Shown here piece after piece: positions 1 to 7,560 of a DNA stretch of 64,000 bases. The translations under genes and the position numbers were made by a program. The notes under the pieces are model-generated. The model saw nothing but the letters and a program-made list of their open reading frames with translations. It did not search any database and was not told where the DNA came from. Source of the DNA: a virus; IMG/VR virus record IMGVR_UViG_3300045051_000365, positions 1-64,000 of that record; one strand, 5' to 3'. Positions within the stretch are counted from its first letter, which is position 1. Each line of letters begins with the position of its first letter.

Positions 1-31
1 AGCGCCGCGTTCTAGCGATCGGTATTTTCCC

Positions 32-1498
32 TTGACATCCTCACCGCGCTGAAGCGACGGTGATTCCCGGCAGATCGAACAAGCTTAATTGGACGATCTT
101 CGGATGGGTTGACGCTTCACGGGATGCCGCTCCCTTAGCGGAAGTCTTACGCTTTCCTCCACGTCCGTTTTGAGTCTCCGAATGTCCTCCGGCGACCTTG
201 ATGTTTACCGCGGCCGTGATGTCTCTATCGTGGAACGCGCCACAGAAGAGACATTCCCACTCGCGGATATTCAACGCCTTTCTCCCGCCGATATTCCCGC
301 AACAGGAACATCGCTGGCTAGTCGGTTCCCATCGGGAAATGACCCGAAAATCCCGTCCGTATTTCTCCGATTTTGCCGCTAACATATCTCGGAAAGAACG
401 CCATCCGAGATCCGATATAGCGCGGGATAGTTTTCGGTTTTTCATCATCCCCGACGTGTTGAGATCTTCCAGAATTATCGTTTGGTTTTCACGGACAACT
501 CTAGTAGATATTTTGTGGAGAAAGTCGGTACGGGTATCTTTGATCCGAGCGTGGATCTTCGCTACCCGTTTTCTCGCCCTCTCCCGTCGCTTACTTCCCT
601 TCTGTTTTCGGGATAGGTTTCGCTGTGCCTTCCGTAGCCGCTTCAGTCGCTTCTTTAACGGTTTCGGCGCGTCGATCTTCTCTCCCGTACTCAGGGTAGC
701 GAACGTGGCGATCCCGAGATCGATTCCTACCGAACTTCCGTTATCGGGGAGTTTTTCGGGAACGATCTCAACAACGAAGCTTAGGAAATAGCGATCCGCC
801 GCGTCTTTAATCGCGGTGACGCTAGAGGGAATCGAGGGGAGTTCTCGACTCCAGACAATATCTAGTTCACCGATTTTCGAGAGGGTGACGGTATCTCGAT
901 TAACTTTGAATCCCCCTCTCGTGAACCGCGCCGATTGTGCCGATCTCCGCTTTTTAAAACGTGGCGGTCTAACCTTTCTCCCTTTTCGCTCCCCCTTGCA
1001 CGACTTGAAAAAGTTCGAGTAGGACTGTTCGAGATCGTTTAACGATTGCTGTAGCGGGATAGCCGATACCTCGCTTAACCATTCCCGCTTTTCGGTCTTT
1101 TTCGCCGCGGTGATAAATTGTTTTTGAAGTTCAGATCCTTTCGGTTTCTTCTCTCCTTTTCGATAGATCTCCTCGCAATACGCTAACGCGTCGTTCCACA
1201 CGACCCTGACGCACCCGAACAATTTACCGAGGGCTTGTTTCTGTGAGTCGGTGGGATAGATTCGGTAGCGATAGCGTGCTTTCATGCTAGTATTATATCG
1301 CAAAACTAGCCAACGGGTAGACATGGAAAGGCAAAGGTTTAGTATCCGAATAGAGTCCGAGCGACTAGAGAAACTACGGAGAGTGGCGCGACAGAGAAAA
1401 AAGACCATGACTCAATTAGTTGAGGACTGGATCGATAGACTGGAAGAAAAGCCGTCCTCCGCTTCGCTAAAGGACGGGGCTTTAGACCCAGATCTCCG
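32..1498 (-). mobile_element. IS200/IS605-family element without tnpA (tnpB plus divergent RHH gene)
   Basis: On the minus strand, TTAC (1502-1499) precedes the left end with hairpin AAGCCGTCCT...AGGACGGGGCTT (~1449-1482); the right end closes with TCAA (35-32) beside hairpin TCACCG...CGGTGA. TTAC and TCAA are the IS608-type cleavage tetramers. Confidence 0.85.
41..1285 (-). CDS. tnpB: RNA-guided endonuclease TnpB
   Basis: Start MKARYRYRIYPT (HTH_OrfB), RuvC motifs GIDLG, ILEDLN and DRD-AAVNI, CxxC...CxxC zinc ribbon; probable ATG at 1285. Confidence 0.95.
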   Translation of the reverse strand: MKARYRYRIYPTDSQKQALGKLFGCVRVVWNDALAYCEEIYRKGEKKPKGSELQKQFITAAKKTEKREWLSEVSAIPLQQSLNDLEQSYSNFFKSCKGERKGRKVRPPRFKKRRSAQSARFTRGGFKVNRDTVTLSKIGELDIVWSRELPSIPSSVTAIKDAADRYFLSFVVEIVPEKLPDNGSSVGIDLGIATFATLSTGEKIDAPKPLKKRLKRLRKAQRNLSRKQKGSKRRERARKRVAKIHARIKDTRTDFLHKISTRVVRENQTIILEDLNTSGMMKNRKLSRAISDLGWRSFRDMLAAKSEKYGRDFRVISRWEPTSQRCSCCGNIGGRKALNIREWECLFCGAFHDRDITAAVNIKVAGGHSETQNGRGGKRKTSAKGAASREASTHPKIVQLSLFDLPGITVASAR

Positions 1499-1502
1499 GT
1501 AA
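1323..1502 (+). CDS. Ribbon-helix-helix (CopG-like) protein of the IS
   Basis: MERQRFSIRIESERLEKLRRVA...TMTQLVEDWID, divergent from tnpB. Confidence 0.75.
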   Translation: MERQRFSIRIESERLEKLRRVARQRKKTMTQLVEDWIDRLEEKPSSASLKDGALDPDLR

Positions 1503-1818
1503 CGAAAGAATCGGTATCGAGTCCGAAAACCGCGGCGAGAACCCGCATATTCCCGAGGTCGGGGCAGGACGCGATACGCGGTAATTCCCAATTCTGAATC
1601 GCCCCGACGGAGAGACGAACGCCCGGAATTCCGAGGCGATCCGATTCGCGCTCGATCCAGACCACGAACTCCTCTTGCGTCATGCCTAAATCGTCGCGTT
1701 TTTCTTTTAAAGTTTTCCCGAGGCGTTCGATTCCGTGTTCGGTTAGAGCCGAAGATTTTACCCGCTTTCTCGGAACGGTTTTTCCGTTCTCGTCGGTAAC
1801 GGTGCGCGATACGGCCAT
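1339..1818 (-). CDS. XRE-family HTH phage repressor, C-terminus replaced by IS sequence after 1499
   Basis: LKEKRDDLGMTQEEF...VGAIQNWE...PDLGNMRVLAAVFG; divergent from the replication genes; residues after FVT read through the IS end. Confidence 0.8.
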   Translation of the reverse strand: MAVSRTVTDENGKTVPRKRVKSSALTEHGIERLGKTLKEKRDDLGMTQEEFVVWIERESDRLGIPGVRLSVGAIQNWELPRIASCPDLGNMRVLAAVFGLDTDSFVTGDLGLKPRPLAKRRTAFLPVYRSSPQLIESWSFFSVAPLSVVSLVARTLFGY

Positions 1819-1979
1819 ATTAGATCTCCTAGTTTTTGTTCAGTAAGGATACAGATTATTCTATCCTGTATTCCAAAAATATGACAAGATCGACCGGGAA
1901 AAAGCTTGTCCGAGCGGGTATGTCGAGCGGTTCCGTTGTGCTAGGCTAAAAGAATCGTTCTCTATCCGACTAGAAAATT

Positions 1980-2201
1980 ATGATTCAGTCACCTACCGAA
2001 AAGCCTACAAAATTTTCGTCTTATATCGATCGCGAGATATGGGAACAGGTCGGGGAGAGGGAGAAACAGACCGGGAAATCCCGGAGACAGATTATAGAGG
2101 CGGCCTTATCCCTATTTCTCTCGATCCCCCCCGAGATCGAACTCCAGATCGACCGCGAGATCCGCGACTCCTATCTTTCAAAACTCCGTAAGAGATTGTA
2201 A
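1980..2201 (+). CDS. Small RHH/Cro-position regulator
   Basis: KFSSYIDREIWEQV...GKSRRQIIEAALSLFL; divergent from the repressor. Confidence 0.65.
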   Translation: MIQSPTEKPTKFSSYIDREIWEQVGEREKQTGKSRRQIIEAALSLFLSIPPEIELQIDREIRDSYLSKLRKRL

Positions 2202-2352
2202 AGTTACGGGGAGATTACTCTTGTAGTATTCCCCTACAAGAAAGTTTCTGTTAGGATTAGTCCTAGATTCTCTCTTCTAGGGGATCGGAAACCCAATAAA
2301 AAAACTCGCGGTGAGCGAGTTCTCTAATTCCAATCAAAAACTTTATGTTCTT

Positions 2353-5199
2353 ATGACCTCAATACTAACACAGAACCGCGTCAAATTGCAACCCTGCCCC
2401 CATTGCGGGAACCGGAACGAGACTAATTACTGTTTCGGCTATACCTCGGACGAGGGAAATCTGCTCTCGGTGTGTAGACGGGGAGCCGATCCGGGCGATG
2501 GATGGGAGCGATCGAAAAAGTCCACTGGCACGGGCGAGCCGATCTACTATCTCAAGCGCGACAAGAAATTTTCAGAATTTAAAAAAGAGAAAACTACCCA
2601 CTACGCCTATCCCCCGCTACGGGACGGCACGATCGTCCGGGTGTACCGCAAGGATTACCGAGAGGGCGCGAACTGGAAAAAGGATTGCAGACAGCAACAC
2701 TCGAAAGACGGCGGGAAAACTTGGATCTGGAACCTACAGGGTATTGAATATAACGAGATCCCCCTGTACCGCGCCGATAGACTCGGGAAAGCGATCGCCG
2801 CGGGAACCCCGATCCTCGTGGTCGAGGGAGAGAACAAGGTAGAGAAATTAGAGGCGATGGGGTTTGTCGCTACCTGTAGCCTCGGGGGGGCGGGCAAGTG
2901 GCAAGAATCGCACTCGGAATTTTTGAAAGGGGCGAAATTAATTCTCTGCCCGGATCGCGATAATCCGGGAGTGAAGCACGTTGCCCGAATCTATCGAGAT
3001 TTTCCCGACGCGCGTTTCTTGTACGCCTATCCCGATTCCGTTCTCTGGAACCATCTGCCCGAGTCCGGGGGTTGCGATATTATCGACTGGATCGAGGAAA
3101 AGAAAATCTCGAAAGAGGAAATTCTAGCGGCCGTTGTCGATGCCCCGAAAGAGATCCGCGTCAGGGAACCCGTGAAGCCCGCGGAAGAAAATTTATTGAC
3201 GATCGAGGAAATCATCGCGGCGATCGACGCGGCGATCGAGCAACGCCTAACCCGCACCCAATGGGAAGCGAAGATCCACGGGTGGGCGAAAGCCTCGGGT
3301 AAAACACCGAACGACATCCGCGAACTGAAGAGAGCGAGGGAACGGGAACTAGAAGAGTCGGATCGGATCGACGCGGCGATCGGGGATTTCCTCAAGAACA
3401 GCCACTACCGGCAGAAAGAACTCGATATACACAAGATCCTCCCGCCGAAACTCGCGGAGGCACTAGAATCTCGGGCTAACACGATCCGCCAACCGTCGAT
3501 CCGGCTACTTCATTCGCTCTGGCCGGTCATGGGCGCGATCCTCGGTTCCCGGTTCGCGATTAATATGAGGACGTCGCGGAACTCTTCCGAGTGTTGGAAA
3601 GAATTCCCGATCTTTTACATGGCCGACGTAGATTATCCGAGCGGCGGGAAAACCACGACCCAAAAACAGATCTACCGTGTTCTCAAAGAGCGCGACCTGA
3701 TCGAACAGGATCGGATCGATCGCGAGTACGATCGCCTCGAACAATTAAAAGCGGAATGGGCGGAAATGACCCGCGACGAACGGCGCGAGAACATGACCAA
3801 CGCCGATGTTAACCCGCGCCTCTACGAGCGGGAACACTGCCGGGCGAAACGGTGGGTGTACGACGAGGGAACGCTAGACGCGATTCTCAAAACCTCCTCC
3901 CTACAATCCCGATGGCAGGGCGCGGTATGGCTCGCCGACGAACTGACCGGATTATTCGACGGGATGAACCAGTACAAATCGGGCGGGAAAGGTAGCGATC
4001 GACAAAGGCTATTATCCGCGTGGAACGATCCCTTGCAGTTTACTTTTGACCGGGTGAACCGCGAGAACCGTTATACCTTGAACGGTCAAACCCTCAACGT
4101 TCTCGGGGGGATACAGATCGGGAAATTGCAGAAATACCTCGATCTTTCCGATGACGTTGACGGGCTAGTTTCCCGGTTTCACTTCCTGATTAACGAACCA
4201 CTCGATCCCGTTCCCGGTCGCCCGCCGATGGACATGAACTCGATCGAGTCCCTAATCCTAGACGCGTTCAATCGGGTGAACGGTATCGATCTAGAGGTCG
4301 GGGAGAACGGGGTAGAGCGCAACGATCTTTGGTTCACCGAGAAGGGCGAGAATTTCGCTTGGGATCTCAACTATCGCTATAACAATCTCGTCAAGTTGAA
4401 CCGCTCGAAAAATCCCTCGCTGTCCGCGTATGTCGGGAAGCAGATGAAAATGTTTTTACGGTTCGCGCTCTCGATCCATCTATTGAACTGGATCTACGAT
4501 CCCGAACATACCGACCTCTACCGAATTCCCGTGCAGACCGCGGCTAAGGCGGCCGCCGTGACCGACTTCTATATCAATCAATTTCTCGCCATTCAGGGGA
4601 TTACCGGCGGCGACGACCAGAACCCGATTCAGGGAATCCTACATGAAATATGGGATCTCGTGAGAACGGCGGGCAAGATCACGACCCGCGAGATCCATCA
4701 AAAATTTCAGTCCCGCAAGATCGACGGACAGAAAATGAATTCCGCTCTCGCCCTCGAACTACTCGAACAATTACAGAAGGCCGGACACGGACGGTTAGAG
4801 GGAAAAACACTGCACTACCTAGAGCCAACGGCGATCGCCGTAGAGGAAACGGTATTCGAGGAAGAGGAAATTATTATCGAGTCTAGTGGTCAGGAGTCAG
4901 AATTCAGGAGTCAGGAATCAGGAGTCAGCGCTGAAGAACTCCCCTCGGTTTACAGCGCGGACGGAACCCATATTGACGCACTACCCGATTACGAGCGGCA
5001 GGAAGTTTTGATCCGAACCGCGGAACCGGCCGACGCGGGGGGCGAAATTATTCCAACCCGCACGATCGCCCGGATCGTGGGGATAACTTTCGACACGATC
5101 GGGAACTGGCTGATCGAGGCGGAAACCCGATTCGGGGAAACCCTGAACCGATTTACATTGCCCTTCGGCAGTTGCTACGTGAACGACGTGGGAACGTGA
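2353..5199 (+). CDS. Primase-helicase (Zn finger, TOPRIM, DUF3987-like P-loop domain, C-terminal wHTH)
   Basis: CPHC, VVEGENK and CPDRD TOPRIM motifs, PSGGKT Walker A, ADELTG Walker B; start at 2353 or 2311. Confidence 0.85.
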   Translation: MTSILTQNRVKLQPCPHCGNRNETNYCFGYTSDEGNLLSVCRRGADPGDGWERSKKSTGTGEPIYYLKRDKKFSEFKKEKTTHYAYPPLRDGTIVRVYRKDYREGANWKKDCRQQHSKDGGKTWIWNLQGIEYNEIPLYRADRLGKAIAAGTPILVVEGENKVEKLEAMGFVATCSLGGAGKWQESHSEFLKGAKLILCPDRDNPGVKHVARIYRDFPDARFLYAYPDSVLWNHLPESGGCDIIDWIEEKKISKEEILAAVVDAPKEIRVREPVKPAEENLLTIEEIIAAIDAAIEQRLTRTQWEAKIHGWAKASGKTPNDIRELKRARERELEESDRIDAAIGDFLKNSHYRQKELDIHKILPPKLAEALESRANTIRQPSIRLLHSLWPVMGAILGSRFAINMRTSRNSSECWKEFPIFYMADVDYPSGGKTTTQKQIYRVLKERDLIEQDRIDREYDRLEQLKAEWAEMTRDERRENMTNADVNPRLYEREHCRAKRWVYDEGTLDAILKTSSLQSRWQGAVWLADELTGLFDGMNQYKSGGKGSDRQRLLSAWNDPLQFTFDRVNRENRYTLNGQTLNVLGGIQIGKLQKYLDLSDDVDGLVSRFHFLINEPLDPVPGRPPMDMNSIESLILDAFNRVNGIDLEVGENGVERNDLWFTEKGENFAWDLNYRYNNLVKLNRSKNPSLSAYVGKQMKMFLRFALSIHLLNWIYDPEHTDLYRIPVQTAAKAAAVTDFYINQFLAIQGITGGDDQNPIQGILHEIWDLVRTAGKITTREIHQKFQSRKIDGQKMNSALALELLEQLQKAGHGRLEGKTLHYLEPTAIAVEETVFEEEEIIIESSGQESEFRSQESGVSAEELPSVYSADGTHIDALPDYERQEVLIRTAEPADAGGEIIPTRTIARIVGITFDTIGNWLIEAETRFGETLNRFTLPFGSCYVNDVGT
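4891..4928 (+). repeat. Heptamer tandem repeat CAGGAGT x5 (cyanobacterial STRR-like) inside the primase gene
   Basis: CAGGAGT CAGAATT CAGGAGT CAGGAAT CAGGAGT CAG. Confidence 0.8.
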
Positions 5200-5251
5200 G
5201 ATTTTAAACATCCGCTTTGACTTTTCTGTAAACTTTTTTGAACGAAATATC

Positions 5252-6427
5252 ATGACACTAACCCTACTCAGTCCGGGACAGTTGACGGCCGCCACGATTT
5301 TTTCGGGAGGCGGCGGCGCGGATGCCGCTCTAAGAAAGCTCGGATTCAAGATCGTCGGCGCGTTAGAGCGGGAACCGAAGATCGCCGCGGTCTACCGCGA
5401 GAACTTCGGGGATCATATCGCCGTGGCCGACGCGCTCGGGTTCGACTATCGCCGGTGGGAAGGGATCGATCTGCTTCACGCGTCCCCGGTCTGCAAGGGC
5501 TACTCGAACGCCCGGAGTCGGGAACTCCCCCCGCACCCCGATAATAATGTCGGGTACGCGTGTATCGAAGCTATCGAGGCGATCCGTCCCCGGTGGTTCA
5601 CGCTCGAAAACGTCTCGGATTATCGAAAGTCCGATGTTTATAAGGCGATCCACGCTTGCCTCGAAAAACACGGGTACAGAACTTTTCAGAAAGTGATCAA
5701 CTGCAAGGATCACGGCGTTCCGCAAAACCGGAAGAGGCTTGTACTCGTGGCCTCTCGGGACAATATCGACTATCGATTTCCCGAACCGAAACCCGAGATC
5801 GGGTGGTACGCGGCGATCGAGCATCTTTTACCCGATTGCCCCGAGACAACTTTTGCCGAGTGGCAGAAACGGAGACTGAAAGATTTCGATTTTACCTGTC
5901 TGATTAACGAGGACGGGAAACGCTCTCGGGGAGTCCCCGCGGATGCCCCGTCACCGACCGTAACCGCGTCGGGGTCGGGGGCGAGATTCAAGGCGATCCT
6001 CGTGGATAACAACCGCAAGGCTCTCCGCTATCCCGAGTATCGTCCCGCCCCCGCGATCCGATCCGCCCATCAGGGCGCGCTTCGGGTACTCATGCAACGC
6101 GCCGGGGGGAATAAAGACAGAACGAACCCGAGGGGAGAACACGAACCCGCGCCCACGCTGACGTGCGGGGGAGGACACTCGCACACCCTAGACGTTATCG
6201 AGCTAATCCCGTCCGTCCCGCCCGAATACATCAAGATCGTGAAATTAACGCCCCGTTGCCTCGCCACGCTCTGCACGTTCCCCGCGGATTACCGACTACC
6301 GCCACAAGTCACTCTCGCGACGGAGATTATCGGCAACTGTTTCCCCCCGAACGCTTACGAGGAGATCGTCCGATGTCTATTGGAGAGTACCGAGAATCGA
6401 CTTACCCCGACAAGATCTATCGCGTAG
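5252..6427 (+). CDS. DNA (cytosine-5) methyltransferase
   Basis: FSGGGG (I), SPVC (IV), ENV (VI), QNRKR (VIII), FP...GN (IX/X). Confidence 0.93.
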   Translation: MTLTLLSPGQLTAATIFSGGGGADAALRKLGFKIVGALEREPKIAAVYRENFGDHIAVADALGFDYRRWEGIDLLHASPVCKGYSNARSRELPPHPDNNVGYACIEAIEAIRPRWFTLENVSDYRKSDVYKAIHACLEKHGYRTFQKVINCKDHGVPQNRKRLVLVASRDNIDYRFPEPKPEIGWYAAIEHLLPDCPETTFAEWQKRRLKDFDFTCLINEDGKRSRGVPADAPSPTVTASGSGARFKAILVDNNRKALRYPEYRPAPAIRSAHQGALRVLMQRAGGNKDRTNPRGEHEPAPTLTCGGGHSHTLDVIELIPSVPPEYIKIVKLTPRCLATLCTFPADYRLPPQVTLATEIIGNCFPPNAYEEIVRCLLESTENRLTPTRSIA

Positions 6428-6591
6428 ATTCCTACGGTCAAATTTTTCGGAAATGCAAACCCCTCGGGATCGTCAAAACGGCGATCGGGATCTTCTATCA
6501 TTTCGAGTCGATCGATCCCGAATTCCCCGAGCTTAGGGGATACAAATTTTGGTGTTTTAGAAAGGAAGATTTCACGGAAGTTACTTTCTAG
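6373..6591 (+). CDS. Hypothetical phage protein
   Basis: ATG at 6373 (MSIGEYRE...), overlaps the methylase end. Confidence 0.55.
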   Translation: MSIGEYRESTYPDKIYRVDSYGQIFRKCKPLGIVKTAIGIFYHFESIDPEFPELRGYKFWCFRKEDFTEVTF

Positions 6592-6598
6592 AAATTTA

Positions 6599-6628
6599 CT
6601 TGACAATTCAAGAAAGAATTAGTAGGAT
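6599..6628 (+). promoter_or_regulatory. Sigma70-type promoter overlapped by the palindromic operator CTTGACAATTCAAG
   Basis: TTGACA-17 nt-TAGGAT; the same 14-mer occurs at 18663 and 28130. Confidence 0.75.
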
Positions 6629-6656
6629 TTAATTAGTTTAGAAGTCAAAAGGAAAG

Positions 6657-6887
6657 ATGAAATCACTTGTTAACGAGAATAGTTGCGTTTTAATGTCCCT
6701 CGCTTATTGGTATAGAGATCAGTATTACGATCGTCCGACGGGAGATCTAGATCCTTCTGGAGAGCTTAAAAGACAAGTTTTGGCTTTCAAACTAGGGGCG
6801 ATTAACGAGTGTTTGAAAAAGCGCGGGGAAAAGCCTATCAAATGGAAAAAGCGCGAGCGTAAACCCAGTAAAGTCGAGGCGGCGTAA
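6657..6887 (+). CDS. Hypothetical protein
   Basis: AAGGA RBS, just downstream of the promoter. Confidence 0.65.
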   Translation: MKSLVNENSCVLMSLAYWYRDQYYDRPTGDLDPSGELKRQVLAFKLGAINECLKKRGEKPIKWKKRERKPSKVEAA

Positions 6888-7039
6888 TGGCGAGAGAGAA
6901 AGTAGTTATCTGGACTAATTTAGGCGAGAAGGGAAACACGAAAGGACTTATCCGCCAGATCGAGGAAAGAGAATCTTCGGAGAGGCTAAAAGCCCATTTG
7001 CTAAAGTGTAAAACTCATTTAAAGGAGTGGAGAGAATGA
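6887..7039 (+). CDS. Hypothetical 50-aa protein (not in ORF track)
   Basis: TAATG and ATGA coupling at its two ends; MAREKVVIWTNLG...EWRE. Confidence 0.6.
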   Translation: MAREKVVIWTNLGEKGNTKGLIRQIEERESSERLKAHLLKCKTHLKEWRE

Positions 7040-7242
7040 GTATCGAAAAAGAAATCAATCAACACGGAGAGATCAAATTAACCGATCTCGATCGGAGATT
7101 AAAAGTTACTTTAACCCCTCGCCCCTACGTCTACAATTATCAATTACAGATAGAGGGGATCGGAGACAGCTATCTCTGCTGGTCAAAAGCTAAAGCGAAA
7201 GCGTTGCGAGATATTTTAAATCAATTGCCGTTAGACGATTAA
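7036..7242 (+). CDS. Hypothetical protein
   Basis: ATGA overlap with the previous gene. Confidence 0.6.
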   Translation: MSIEKEINQHGEIKLTDLDRRLKVTLTPRPYVYNYQLQIEGIGDSYLCWSKAKAKALRDILNQLPLDD

Positions 7243-7251
7243 GAGAGAGAG

Positions 7252-7560
7252 ATGAAAGAAACAAAAATCAGCGAGAGAACAGGATTAACTTACACTAGAA
7301 GCCCTGTTTTCGAGGATACACGCCCGAGCTACTACCTAAGCGAACCGCTAACCGCAAAACGAGCGAGGGAGATAGCGTACACGATCCCGGGTATTTACTA
7401 CGCTGTTCGAGCCGTTGACGGGGGAACCGATTTATTTATCGCGGAGAGAAATAGTTTTATTACGAAGCTTGCCGGATACGATCCCGAAACACTCCTAATC
7501 GGATACTGCAAAATCGACGCGAGAGGAAACGAGTACATGGTTGTAGGGGGGAGCTTATGA
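7252..7560 (+). CDS. Hypothetical protein
   Basis: ORF coupled to the helicase start. Confidence 0.6.
   Translation: MKETKISERTGLTYTRSPVFEDTRPSYYLSEPLTAKRAREIAYTIPGIYYAVRAVDGGTDLFIAERNSFITKLAGYDPETLLIGYCKIDARGNEYMVVGGSL

Noticed and set aside
41-1285. Cas12f or nuclease-dead TldR
   Set aside because: No array, IS ends are present and the catalytic residues are intact.
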